From Geopsychrobacteraceae bacterium (lineage in GTDB: Bacteria > Desulfobacterota > Desulfuromonadia > Desulfuromonadales > Geopsychrobacteraceae), in contig OY759353.1 of assembly GCA_963662315.1 (NCBI GenBank), forward strand, positions 1,568,001-1,632,000: a stretch of 64,000 bases of DNA, read 5' to 3'. The position numbers were made by a program, and so were the translations under genes. The stretch's first letter is position 1, and each line of letters begins with the position of its first letter. The notes below the pieces were generated by a model that was not told where the DNA came from, searched no databases, and was given only the letters and a program-made list of their open reading frames with translations. Positions 33,330-42,691 of the stretch are shown one piece after another.

Positions 33330-35293
33330 CTGAGTTCCTCCACCTGTTTCAGCCACAGATCGACAGCCGCATCGCTCGGCATACGCCAATCCCCACGCGG
33401 GGACAGAGCAACACTACCGACCTTGGGACCATCAGGCAGGCAGGAACGTTTAAACTGCTGACTGAAAAAGCGCCTATAGAACTGCCTGAGCCATTTAAGT
33501 AACTCTTCAGCAGAAAAATCATCAGCAAAAGCAATCTTGGCCAACAACAGAACTTTCGCTGGAGGAAAATGCATACGCACAATCTGGTAGAGATAGAAGT
33601 CATGCAATTCATAAGGGCCGACAACCTGTTCGGTCAATTGCTTGATCTCTCCGGCGGCGGTTGGCGGTAGCAGTTCCGGTGACACCGGGGTTTCACAGAC
33701 ATCATTAAGAACGGTTGAAATACGTCCACTGAATTCTTCCTGAGCACACCAGCTGACCAGATAGCGCACCAGCGTTTTGGGCACACCGGCATTCACCGCA
33801 TACATGGACATGTGATCACCATTGTAAGTACACCAGCCGAGGGCCAATTCGGAAAGATCTCCGGTACCGATGACCAGCCCGCCTACCTGGTTGGCAACAT
33901 CCATAAGAATCTGGGTACGCTCACGGGCCTGACTGTTTTCGTAAGTCACATCATGCTTTTCGGGGTCATGGCCGATATCAGTGAAGTGCTGGCGTACGGC
34001 ACTATCAATTGAGACAATACGCAATTCGGCCCCTAGCAATTCGGCCAATTCTTCAGCGTTGGAACGGGTGCGCGTGGTGGTGCCGAAACCGGGCATGGTC
34101 ATCGCAACAATCCCGCGGCGATCCAGACCTAATTTGTCAAATGCCTTGACCGTTACCAGCATCGCCAAGGTTGAATCAAGACCACCCGAAAGCCCGATAA
34201 CGACATTTTTACAGCCGGTATGCTTCAACCTCTTCGCCAGAGCGCTGGTCTGAATCTGGAAAATTTCGTGACAGCGGGCGGCCCGCTCAGCATTATCCGG
34301 TGGGACAAAAGGCATGCGTTCAACTGGCCGTTTAACCTCCACCTCCTGAGTTAGAGACACGCTGAAAAATTGCACTCGCCAGTCAGAAAGATCCCCAGCA
34401 GCAGCAAAAGTTGTATTCCGCTGCCGTTCGCCCACCAGGCGCTCCACATCAATATCGGCCATAGCCAGCTGACTGCTAAACTGAAACCTTTGCGTCTCGG
34501 TCAGGACCTGGCCATTCTCGGCAATCAGGGAATGGCCACTGAAGACAAGATCCGTACTCGACTCCCCCGGGCCAGCTGAAGCATAGGCATAGGCGGCAAG
34601 GCAGCGTGCCGACTGAGAGGTAACCAGATTCCGCCGGTAACTCTCTTTACCAAGGGTTTCCGGACTGGCGGATAGGTTCAATAGCAATGTTGCACCCGCC
34701 AAAGCCTGCCTGCCGCTGGGAGGTTCAACCGACCATCCATCTTCACAGATTTCGATGCCAATTTTCACATCTGGAAAATTTTCAGCCTGAAACAGCAGAT
34801 CGGTCCCGAACGGAACCTCCTGATTATCAATGGTAACAACAGAAGCGGTGCTAAAAAGAGCTGAACAGAACCAGCGTTGCTCATAAAACTCGCCACAGTT
34901 GGGCAAATAGGTTTTGGGCACCAGCCCAAGAATACGCCCATCGTGAAGAAAAGCGGCACAATTGAATAAGCGTCCATCGACAGCGATCGGTACACCAATG
35001 ATTAAACTGATTTTACGTCCGGCAGTGAATTGTTTGAGCTCGATAAGAGCGGCGCGGGTTGCATTTTGCAGATGGCGCTGAAAAAACAGATCACCACAGG
35101 TATAGCCACTCAGACACAGTTCCGGAAGCAGTAATAGCTGGCAATTGGCGGCTTCAGCCGTTTCAGCCAGCCGCTCGATTTCGCCACGGTTAAACTCGAC
35201 GTCGGCGACCTTCAATTCAGGAGTCGCCACGCCCAGACGGAACAGACCGAAATCAACGGGAGCAAATAATTGAGTAGATAAATGTGCTGACAT
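33326..35293 (-). CDS. nadE: Glutamine-dependent NAD+ synthetase (nitrilase plus synthetase domains)
   Basis: PELCLSGY, PKTYLPN, EICED, SGGLDST, ENSQARER, SPRGDWRMPSD. Confidence 0.96.
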   Translation of the reverse strand: MSAHLSTQLFAPVDFGLFRLGVATPELKVADVEFNRGEIERLAETAEAANCQLLLLPELCLSGYTCGDLFFQRHLQNATRAALIELKQFTAGRKISLIIGVPIAVDGRLFNCAAFLHDGRILGLVPKTYLPNCGEFYEQRWFCSALFSTASVVTIDNQEVPFGTDLLFQAENFPDVKIGIEICEDGWSVEPPSGRQALAGATLLLNLSASPETLGKESYRRNLVTSQSARCLAAYAYASAGPGESSTDLVFSGHSLIAENGQVLTETQRFQFSSQLAMADIDVERLVGERQRNTTFAAAGDLSDWRVQFFSVSLTQEVEVKRPVERMPFVPPDNAERAARCHEIFQIQTSALAKRLKHTGCKNVVIGLSGGLDSTLAMLVTVKAFDKLGLDRRGIVAMTMPGFGTTTRTRSNAEELAELLGAELRIVSIDSAVRQHFTDIGHDPEKHDVTYENSQARERTQILMDVANQVGGLVIGTGDLSELALGWCTYNGDHMSMYAVNAGVPKTLVRYLVSWCAQEEFSGRISTVLNDVCETPVSPELLPPTAAGEIKQLTEQVVGPYELHDFYLYQIVRMHFPPAKVLLLAKIAFADDFSAEELLKWLRQFYRRFFSQQFKRSCLPDGPKVGSVALSPRGDWRMPSDAAVDLWLKQVEELR

Positions 35294-35326
35294 AATTTCT
35301 CCGGAACAGGTTAACAAACCTGATGT

Positions 35327-35701
35327 TCAGTCGCTTAGCGAAAACGCATCTTCAATATGCGTGATTTCTGCTGCTGAATACCAACTCTGCCATAAAACGG
35401 CAATGACATCAAACCGCGGTTGCAATTTACCGATATTATGCTGAAGCAGATACCACTGGGCTGCACGAGAGATCTGGCGCTGTTTATGGAATCCGACGGC
35501 ATCCTGAGGAGCACCGAATATGGTTGATCGCCTGGTTTTTACTTCGACAAAAACCAGATGTTTCCTATCACGGGCAATAATATCAATTTCTCCCGCGCGA
35601 CAGCGATAATTGCGCTCCAAGATTTTCAGGCCTTTGTGTTCCAGGTAACTGACCGCCTGCTCCTCCCCCCATTGCCCAAGCTTAAGCCGTGCTTCAGTCA
35701 C
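35327..35701 (-). CDS. yraN: YraN (UPF0102) endonuclease-like protein
   Basis: GQWGE, GEIDIIA, FVEVKTR, RFDVIAV. Confidence 0.93.
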   Translation of the reverse strand: MTEARLKLGQWGEEQAVSYLEHKGLKILERNYRCRAGEIDIIARDRKHLVFVEVKTRRSTIFGAPQDAVGFHKQRQISRAAQWYLLQHNIGKLQPRFDVIAVLWQSWYSAAEITHIEDAFSLSD

Positions 35702-36344
35702 CAGTCAGCTCCAAATGCTCTTTAACCCCGCCAAAAGTTTTGCGGTGCAGAGGACAAGGCCTGCATGTGGCAATCGCTTCAAGGTGCTGTTTCGTTCCAT
35801 ATCCCTTGTGTTTTGCGAATCCATAATCGGGATACATTTTGTCATAGGTCAGCATAATGCGATCACGGACCACTTTAGCGATAACCGATGCGGCAGCAAC
35901 CGACAGTGATCTGCTGTCTCCCTTCTTCAGAGTTTGTTGATCAATTGTCACCGGCAAAGGGGTAATGCCATCGATCAGTAAAAAATCGGGACTCATTTTA
36001 AGACGTGATAATGCCCTTTTCATAGCCAGCAACGTCGCCTGCAGGATATTGATCTGATCGATTTCTGCGGCAGACGCCACACCAATGCCGACACCAACAG
36101 CCTGGTGCCTGATCAGAGGGAACAGTGCCTCACGCTTCTTTTCACTGAGAGCCTTGGAATCGGTCAGTCCGGGCAGATCAAATGCCTCAGGCAGGATCAC
36201 GGCAGCGGCGACAACCGGTCCGGCCAGAGGGCCTCGCCCCGCTTCGTCAATTCCGGCTATTGAGCGATACCCCTTGCTCAGTGCCTGCTGTTCAAAAAAA
36301 AGTGGTGAGACCTCAGAAGCTGCAAAGAGATTGAGCGTTTCCAT
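35694..36344 (-). CDS. rnhB: Ribonuclease HII
   Basis: GIDEAGRGPLAGPV, DSKAL, AAASVIAKV, HKGYGT. Start trimmed to METLNL. Confidence 0.96.
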   Translation of the reverse strand: METLNLFAASEVSPLFFEQQALSKGYRSIAGIDEAGRGPLAGPVVAAAVILPEAFDLPGLTDSKALSEKKREALFPLIRHQAVGVGIGVASAAEIDQINILQATLLAMKRALSRLKMSPDFLLIDGITPLPVTIDQQTLKKGDSRSLSVAAASVIAKVVRDRIMLTYDKMYPDYGFAKHKGYGTKQHLEAIATCRPCPLHRKTFGGVKEHLELTGD

Positions 36345-36360
36345 AAGATGCCTGAATTTA

Positions 36361-36395
36361 AAAAAAAAGCCTCCAGCGTGAAACTGGAGGCTTTT
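36361..36395 (-). terminator. Rho-independent terminator after rplS
   Basis: AAAAGCCTCCAG-7 nt-CTGGAGGCTTTT with a long U-tract on the minus strand. Confidence 0.85.
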
Positions 36396-36414
36396 AAAGT
36401 CAAAAATGTAAAAC

Positions 36415-36762
36415 TTAAACGTTACGCTTTTCAGCGATACGAGCCGCTTTACCGCGCAGGTTACGCAGGTAGTAAAGTTTGGCACGACGAACTTTACCAA
36501 CGCGCATAACTTCGATTTTGTCAATGCTGGGTGAGTGCAGAGGGAAAATACGTTCAACACCAACGTCACCAGACATTTTGCGTACAGTATAAGATGAACC
36601 GAGACCACGGTTAACGCGCTTGATGCAGACGCCTTGGAAAATCTGGATCCGCTGCTTGTCACCCTCGGTGATTTTAACGTGTACCTTCAAGGTATCGCCA
36701 GCTTTAAAACTGGGGATATCCTTTTTAATCTGTTCCATTTCCAGTTTATCAATAATGTTCAT
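36415..36762 (-). CDS. rplS: 50S ribosomal protein L19
   Basis: [23 protein letters not shown]. Confidence 0.99.
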   Translation of the reverse strand: MNIIDKLEMEQIKKDIPSFKAGDTLKVHVKITEGDKQRIQIFQGVCIKRVNRGLGSSYTVRKMSGDVGVERIFPLHSPSIDKIEVMRVGKVRRAKLYYLRNLRGKAARIAEKRNV

Positions 36763-36846
36763 TCCTTTATCCTCCTCGGTTCATTCAGTCCGATTTACTT
36801 TGTAGCTACTTTTAACGTAATTTTGTAACAGCTCCGACCTGATGAA

Positions 36847-37593
36847 CTACCAATCCGAGCCTGTTTCCTGACGTAATTTTTCAATAACCGCTCTGTCACT
36901 ATCACTCAATTCTGCACTCTCCAGTAACTCAGGACGCCTGAGCAACGTTCTTAACAATTGCTGTTCACGACGCCATCGAGCTATACGAGCATGGTCCCCG
37001 GAGAGCAGAACATCGGGAACTCTCATCCCGTTAAACTCAACCGGGCGGGTATATTGAGGATATTCAAGCAGGCCATCAGAAAATGAATCGGTTTCAGCAC
37101 AAGCGCCGGTCCCCAGAACGCCGGGTACGTGCCGGGCAATCGCATCGATCATCACCAGGGCGGGGAGTTCCCCTCCGGTCAGAACGAAATCACCGATTGA
37201 ATATTCTTCATCTATCAGGCTTTGACGTATCCTCTCATCAAACCCTTCATAACGACCGCACACAAAAATCAAACCAGGCTCACCAGCAAGTTCTTTCCCC
37301 CGTTGCTGCGTAAAGGGAATACCCTGAGGAGTCATCAGCAAGACTTTAGCGTGAGGATTTTCATCCCTGAGCTGCCTAAGCGCCCGAGCTACCGGCTCCG
37401 GCTTCATAACCATGCCGTCACCACCACCATAGGGCGAATCATCAGTTGTCTGATGTTTATCGTTGGCCCAATGACGAAGGTTATGAGCCTGAACCTGCAA
37501 ATATCCCTGTTTGATCGCTCTGGCAAGAATACTTTCCTGCAGCGGCGAATCAAACATCGCGGGGAACAGTGTCAATACATCAAACTTCATCAT
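36847..37593 (-). CDS. trmD: tRNA (G37-N1) methyltransferase
   Basis: DDSPYGGG, CGRYEGFDER, IGDFVLTGGE, PQYTRP. Confidence 0.98.
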   Translation of the reverse strand: MMKFDVLTLFPAMFDSPLQESILARAIKQGYLQVQAHNLRHWANDKHQTTDDSPYGGGDGMVMKPEPVARALRQLRDENPHAKVLLMTPQGIPFTQQRGKELAGEPGLIFVCGRYEGFDERIRQSLIDEEYSIGDFVLTGGELPALVMIDAIARHVPGVLGTGACAETDSFSDGLLEYPQYTRPVEFNGMRVPDVLLSGDHARIARWRREQQLLRTLLRRPELLESAELSDSDRAVIEKLRQETGSDW

Positions 37594-38122
37594 TCCCCTC
37601 AGGGACCAGCCCCTCAGGAAGTACGACAGCCATTATCCGCTTTTCCAGGTCAATCTTTTTTACAAACTGCCTTACCGCCGGAATCAGGACCTCACCGTAA
37701 GGACCATTAACAACATAAGTGTCATGTGCTGCGGTGCTGAGTAAGTCGTCAACCAGCCCCAGAGACCCCCGCTCTTGGTCAACGACTTCAAGTCCGTATA
37801 ATTCCCCCCAGTAATACTCATCATGACTCAGGCCGGGCAATTGATCAGCCCGGATCAGCAAACGAGCACCGACAAGGTCATCAATCAAATTGATTGACTC
37901 ATATCCGGCAAAGCGAAGCAGAAGCTGCCTCTTGTGTAAAACGCTACGACAGACCTCAAGCATTTTCACATGACCGGACACTTGGCATACCTGGACTGTT
38001 TTTACCCCTTTCAAAACATCGGGGTCACCGGATCTTAAATGGATTTTAAGATCACCGCGCAAACCGTGGGTACCAACAACAGTGCCGACTTCGAGCAAAG
38101 CTTCCGCTTCAGTATTCATCAA
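37580..38122 (-). CDS. rimM: Ribosome maturation factor RimM
   Basis: GTHGLRG, EYYWGELYG, EVLIPAV; gene order. Confidence 0.95.
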   Translation of the reverse strand: MMNTEAEALLEVGTVVGTHGLRGDLKIHLRSGDPDVLKGVKTVQVCQVSGHVKMLEVCRSVLHKRQLLLRFAGYESINLIDDLVGARLLIRADQLPGLSHDEYYWGELYGLEVVDQERGSLGLVDDLLSTAAHDTYVVNGPYGEVLIPAVRQFVKKIDLEKRIMAVVLPEGLVPEGNDEV

Positions 38123-38160
38123 TACAATTCAAACCGTCTATCCGTCCACCTAAGCCCGGA

Positions 38161-38394
38161 TCACTCCATGATCTGTAAAGCAGCCCGCTTGTTTTCACGC
38201 GTTGCTTTAGCATTAAGCAATGTCCTCATTGCCTTTGCATTACGACCCTGCTTGCCAATAATACGCCCCATATCCTCCTGGGCCGCTGCAAGTTTAATCA
38301 ACACACTTCCATCTTCAGCTACTTCTTCAGAAATGGTGATTTCTTCAGGTTTCTCTACTAAAGATTTTGCAATGTACTCGATCAGGTCTTTCAT
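38161..38394 (-). CDS. khpA: KH-domain RNA-binding protein KhpA
   Basis: DMGRIIGKQGR (GxxG); lies between rpsP and rimM. Confidence 0.93.
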   Translation of the reverse strand: MKDLIEYIAKSLVEKPEEITISEEVAEDGSVLIKLAAAQEDMGRIIGKQGRNAKAMRTLLNAKATRENKRAALQIME

Positions 38395-38452
38395 AGGTCA
38401 TCCTCCGGGTAGTTGCGGGGACGGCGCCCCGGATTCGGACCAGATTCAAGCG

Positions 38453-38728
38453 TTAGGCTTCAGCTACGGCCTTCGTCTTGAACTTGGCCCAGACACCGGC
38501 ATGCTTTAAAAGCCGGCGAACAGTATCAGTCGGCTGAGCACCTTTGTTAAGCCATTCCAAAGCGCGTTCTTGTTTTAAATCCAGCAGAAATTCTTCTTTA
38601 CAAGGATTATACTGGCCCAGGGCCTCAATAAAACGGCCATCCCGAGGGGAACGCTCGTCGGCTACGACAATCCGGTAAACCGGCTTCTTCTTTTGGCCAC
38701 CGCGGGCGAGCCTGATTTTTACTGACAT
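38453..38728 (-). CDS. rpsP: 30S ribosomal protein S16
   Basis: [29 protein letters not shown]. Confidence 0.99.
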   Translation of the reverse strand: MSVKIRLARGGQKKKPVYRIVVADERSPRDGRFIEALGQYNPCKEEFLLDLKQERALEWLNKGAQPTDTVRRLLKHAGVWAKFKTKAVAEA

Positions 38729-38806
38729 GCTTTGTTTCCTCCTGGTTGTTCTTATCTAATGTTGTCTAATTATAGCAAACCGTTTGCCTGCTTCTACACT
38801 CTTGCG

Positions 38807-40159
38807 TCAGAAGGGAAATCCACCTTTTCCACCCATCAACCCTTTAAGGCCTTTGGGTCCCATCTTCTGCATCTTTTTCATCATATTCTGCGCTTCTGTG
38901 AAACGCTTTAACAACTGATTGACATCCTGCACCCTGGTACCACTACCATTGGCGATACGCAGACGACGGGAGCCATTCAGAATTTTATGGTTAAGCCGTT
39001 CCTGAGGCGTCATAGAGCGAATGATTGCTTCAATTTTCTTCAGCTCCTTTTCCGGAAGCTGAGCACCCTGCGCCTGCTTAAGGGCTTTACCAACACCTGG
39101 GATCATTTTCAACAAAGAGTCGACCGATCCCATTTTTTTAATCATCTGCATCTGATCAAGGAAGGTCTCCAGAGTGAAACCATCCTTGCGCAGTTTTTGT
39201 TCCATCGCTGCGGCATCTTCGGCTTCGACCGCTTCCTGAGCCTTTTCGATCAGGCTAAGGACATCTCCCATGCCGAGGATGCGCTGCGCCATGCGATCTG
39301 GATGAAACTGCTCGAGAGCATCAAGCTTTTCACCCATACCGACCAGCTTGATCGGCTTGCCAGTTACCGCCCGAATCGAAAGAGCAGCACCACCACGGGC
39401 ATCACCATCAAGCTTGGTCAGAACGACACCGGTAAGCGGCAGTTGCTCATCAAAGCTGGCAGCGACAGTTACAGCATCCTGACCGGTCATGGCGTCAGCG
39501 ACGAACAATATTTCACGGGGCGCCACCTGAGCAACAATCTGCTTGAGCTCATCCATCAACGCGGTGTCAATGTGTAGGCGTCCGGCGGTATCTAAGATAA
39601 TTGTATCAAACCCATTGAGTTCTGCGTACTCTTTGGCTTTTTTACAGATCTCAACCGGATTTTGTCCGCTTTGAGAATCAAAAACGTCAATATTGAGCTG
39701 CCGCCCTAATGTTTTCAGCTGTTCAATAGCCGCAGGTCGATAAACATCGGCCGGAACCAGCAGCGGGTTACGTTTTTCCTTCCTCAGCTTGCGTGCCAGC
39801 TTACCACAGGAGGTCGTCTTACCAGCGCCCTGCAGACCGCACACCATAAGCGCAACCGGCGGCTTGGCATTCAGGTTAAGAGAGTTATCCTCCCCTTCCC
39901 CCATCAAGATTGCCAACTCTTCACGAACGACCTTGATGACCTGTTGAGCTGGCGTCAGACTTTTGAGAACATCCTGACCAACCGCACGCTCACTCACACG
40001 GGCGACGAAGTCCTTAACGACTTTAAAGTTGACATCAGCCTCAAGCAAAACCAGACGGATTTCCCGCATGGTTTCTTTGATGTGCTGCTCGGTCAACCGA
40101 CCGTGCCCCTTCAGTTTTTTAAAAACTGAATCAAGTTTATCTGAAAGTGTATCGAACAT
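38807..40159 (-). CDS. ffh: Signal recognition particle protein Ffh
   Basis: GLQGAGKTT, DTAGR, TKLDGDARGG, Met-rich M domain. Confidence 0.99.
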   Translation of the reverse strand: MFDTLSDKLDSVFKKLKGHGRLTEQHIKETMREIRLVLLEADVNFKVVKDFVARVSERAVGQDVLKSLTPAQQVIKVVREELAILMGEGEDNSLNLNAKPPVALMVCGLQGAGKTTSCGKLARKLRKEKRNPLLVPADVYRPAAIEQLKTLGRQLNIDVFDSQSGQNPVEICKKAKEYAELNGFDTIILDTAGRLHIDTALMDELKQIVAQVAPREILFVADAMTGQDAVTVAASFDEQLPLTGVVLTKLDGDARGGAALSIRAVTGKPIKLVGMGEKLDALEQFHPDRMAQRILGMGDVLSLIEKAQEAVEAEDAAAMEQKLRKDGFTLETFLDQMQMIKKMGSVDSLLKMIPGVGKALKQAQGAQLPEKELKKIEAIIRSMTPQERLNHKILNGSRRLRIANGSGTRVQDVNQLLKRFTEAQNMMKKMQKMGPKGLKGLMGGKGGFPF

Positions 40160-40191
40160 AATCCCAATATGGCAAAATTCACGAAAGAACG

Positions 40192-40220
40192 AATATAAAA
40201 ACAGTACTCTTTCTTGTCAA
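40192..40220 (-). promoter_or_regulatory. sigma70 promoter of the ffh-rpsP operon
   Basis: TTGACA-17 nt-TATATT on the minus strand. Confidence 0.75.
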
Positions 40221-40247
40221 GGAAAAAGCTTTTACAAACAAGACCTT

Positions 40248-40502
40248 TCAGGGCAGCAAATGCAGCTCACCATCAACCTTCTGCCACAGTTCAATTACGG
40301 AAACGTTTTGCTCATCAAGGAGTCGGCTGACTTCCTGCTGCAACTGAGCAGGAAATTTAATGGCCATTCCACAGTCAGCACTCAACTGCCTTGGCATTGG
40401 AATCACCTTGATTCCCTGCAAAGACGCCTTGAGTATTTTCTCTGCTTTCATCACCCGATGAACGGACTTGAAAACAGCGACAATATCTCCTTCATCAACC
40501 AT
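40248..40502 (-). CDS. DUF3343-like small protein (putative S/Se carrier-like)
   Basis: FKSVHRVMKAEKILK, IPMPRQLSADCGMAI. Confidence 0.75.
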   Translation of the reverse strand: MVDEGDIVAVFKSVHRVMKAEKILKASLQGIKVIPMPRQLSADCGMAIKFPAQLQQEVSRLLDEQNVSVIELWQKVDGELHLLP

Positions 40503-40674
40503 AACACACATCCTGAAACTAGCACACCTGGCCCAATCCGGGCGCGCATCATGCCACGTTTAATCTCACCATGCAAGGGATATTGTCAATCTCCTGTAAA
40601 TTTGACAGTTCAGCCGATGGCAGAGTATAAAAAGAAACCTGATCACTGCTTTAAACAAAGGATTCACCCCTCAT

Positions 40675-40932
40675 ATGCAGAGCGAACTCTTGTTACCGTT
40701 AATATCTCTCATTGTTTTTTCCTTCGGCAGCAACCTTCCGCTTGGCTACCTGCGCGCCGGGGCCAAAAGATTTTCCATGCGCTGGTTTGTCCTGATTCAT
40801 CTATCGATCCCCTTTATCATTGCCCTAAGAGGGATGCTCGGTTTCAGTTGGCGCTGGATACCTGTGACCCTTGGCTGCGCCGTCGCCGGACAACTGGTCG
40901 GAACCCGCCTTGCACACAGAGCTCAGCCATGA
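40675..40932 (+). CDS. Small hypothetical membrane protein
   Basis: 85 aa with about 3 hydrophobic segments, NLPLGYLR...KRFSMRWFVLIHLSIP. The stop overlaps the dciA start. Confidence 0.7.
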   Translation: MQSELLLPLISLIVFSFGSNLPLGYLRAGAKRFSMRWFVLIHLSIPFIIALRGMLGFSWRWIPVTLGCAVAGQLVGTRLAHRAQP

Positions 40933-41438
40933 GTAAAGACAAGCGACCACCCATGAAGCAGGCCGAGAGAATTGGCAGCCTGCTGCAACAAATGCTTAAA
41001 CAATCCGAGCTGGGGCACCAGCTGAGCCGCCACCAGGCGTGGCTGATCTGGGACAAACTGGTCGGCAAGCAGATCGCCCTGCGGGCCAGACCGCTGCGCA
41101 TAAGAAAAGGCATCCTTGAAGTCCAGGTCGATCACCCGGTCTGGATGCAGCAACTGCAAATGCTGAAACCACAAATCCTCAAACGCCTTGCAGAAATGGC
41201 ACCAAATGCAGGAATTGAAGACATCTATCTGCGCCAGACAAGCAAAGCTTCCAAAACTGTAGCTCCGGCAGCCAAAACATCAACAGAACTGCCGAGCTGG
41301 CTCAAAGAAGAATTATCCCCGGAAGAAATACGTCGTATTGATGCCGACCTGCAGGACATTAAAGACCCTGATCTTAAAGCAGAGATGCGCAAGCTCTACA
41401 TGCGCCACGCGCAGCTACGACAATTCCGCAACAGGTAG
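40929..41438 (+). CDS. dciA: DciA/DUF721 replicative helicase loader-like protein
   Basis: WDKLVGKQIALRARPLRIRKGILEVQVDHPVWMQQLQMLKPQIL; start MSKDK at 40929. Confidence 0.85.
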   Translation: MSKDKRPPMKQAERIGSLLQQMLKQSELGHQLSRHQAWLIWDKLVGKQIALRARPLRIRKGILEVQVDHPVWMQQLQMLKPQILKRLAEMAPNAGIEDIYLRQTSKASKTVAPAAKTSTELPSWLKEELSPEEIRRIDADLQDIKDPDLKAEMRKLYMRHAQLRQFRNR

Positions 41439-41444
41439 CACCAC

Positions 41445-42194
41445 TCAGCCTACCGCACCATATATCTGACGAATTTCCCGGGTATAATTGCGCGCTGCAG
41501 AGGAGCCTTCATAAATATACAGAGGGGTAGACACTTCAAGCCCTACCTTCCCACCCTTACGCGCTTCAACCATCACCAACTTCGCGGAACTGCCAAAATA
41601 AGAATGTATTGTCCTCAAACGTTTAGGTTGCAGTCCATGCATAATCAATGTACTGAACAATTCAGCCAGGCGCTCCGCTAGATATATAATGGCGAAACGG
41701 CCCCCTTGAGCCAAACTGAACTTTGCTGCGCCAATAAAATCCGGCAAGCCGCCAGCCAGTTCGTGTCTGGCCATGGCGCGCTCACTATTCGGTGCAATAC
41801 GCCCGCCGTCAGCCGGTCGAAACGGCGGATTACTCACGACCAGTTTACAACTTTCCGGCTGAAGATATGTATTAATATTCCGCACATCCCCCAGAATAAT
41901 CATTATTCTGTCTGACAGCCCGTTCAAAGCAACATTGCGCTGGGCTCGCTCTGCCATAGCACTCTGAAGTTCAATACCGGTGATGCATGACACACCGTAC
42001 ATCCTGGCAAGCAGAAGCGGCAGAATCCCGCTCCCGGTACCAAGATCAAGCACAATATCATCACTTTGCGGCTTGACAAAGCTGGCCAGCAAAATCGGAT
42101 CTAAAGAATAGCGATAACCTGAAACCGACTGATACAATTTCAGGCCACCAATAGATAAATCATCAAGTGTCTCGTTCGCCATCGTCATTTCCAT
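41445..42194 (-). CDS. tRNA1(Val) A37 N6-methyltransferase-like protein
   Basis: GYRYSLDPILL, DLGTGSG, NPPF, ARHE. Exact start uncertain (42194, 42188 or 42182). Confidence 0.85.
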   Translation of the reverse strand: MEMTMANETLDDLSIGGLKLYQSVSGYRYSLDPILLASFVKPQSDDIVLDLGTGSGILPLLLARMYGVSCITGIELQSAMAERAQRNVALNGLSDRIMIILGDVRNINTYLQPESCKLVVSNPPFRPADGGRIAPNSERAMARHELAGGLPDFIGAAKFSLAQGGRFAIIYLAERLAELFSTLIMHGLQPKRLRTIHSYFGSSAKLVMVEARKGGKVGLEVSTPLYIYEGSSAARNYTREIRQIYGAVG

Positions 42195-42200
42195 ACCAAT

Positions 42201-42233
42201 AAAAAATGCCAGCCTGAAATCCAGACTGGCATT
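42201..42233 (-). terminator. Terminator after the cytochrome gene
   Basis: Minus strand AATGCCAGTCTG-GATTT-CAGGCTGGCATT followed by a U-tract. Confidence 0.8.
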
Positions 42234-42256
42234 AGAAAAAACTATAGACGTAAAAA

Positions 42257-42571
42257 CTATTTTACGTGACATTCCTTACACTTGGTTGGACCTTTTTTCT
42301 TTTCTTTATGGCAATCCTTACAGTTTTTGTGGAAAGCGTCCTTGGCTTTAGGAGCTTTTGCTCCATCATGGCAACTTTTACACGCAGCCTGGTCACCGCT
42401 GTGATGGCAGGTCACACAGTCGGTAATTCCTTGGTGTGCTTCGTGATTAAAGGTCACAGTACCCATCTTGACGTCAAATTTGACTTCTGCAGGACCTTTG
42501 TCTGCAGCAACAGCAATAAAAGCGGAACCGACAATTGCAAAAACAGCCATCAATACGAGAAACTTCTTCAT
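42257..42571 (-). CDS. Periplasmic class III (c3/c7) cytochrome c with four hemes
   Basis: Signal peptide, GTVTFNHEAH, four CxxCH motifs (CVTCH, CKSCH, CKDCH, CKECH), eight His, GPTKC C-terminus. Confidence 0.93.
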   Translation of the reverse strand: MKKFLVLMAVFAIVGSAFIAVAADKGPAEVKFDVKMGTVTFNHEAHQGITDCVTCHHSGDQAACKSCHDGAKAPKAKDAFHKNCKDCHKEKKKGPTKCKECHVK

Positions 42572-42661
42572 TCTTCTCCTCCCAAATAAACGAAAGTTAG
42601 GTGAACCCGCTCTGAAATTAAAGCAGATGACGAGCGAAAGTCAATCAAATTATATATTCAG

Positions 42662-42689
42662 ATTGTATATTGTATACAAAATCGACAAT
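42662..42689. promoter_or_regulatory. Putative GntR-family operator upstream of the cytochrome gene
   Basis: Palindrome TTGTATACAA (42670-79) within ATTGTAT ATTGTAT ACAAAAT CGACAAT. Confidence 0.5.
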
Positions 42690-42691
42690 AT

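Noticed and set aside
36345..36662. N-terminal extension of the rnhB ORF
   Set aside because: It runs through rplS in another frame and across its terminator; RNase HII motifs begin after 36344.
40029..40928. 469-aa ORF 40029-41438 as one long protein
   Set aside because: Only the last 169 aa (DciA) look real. The rest overlaps ffh, the DUF3343-like gene and the small membrane gene.
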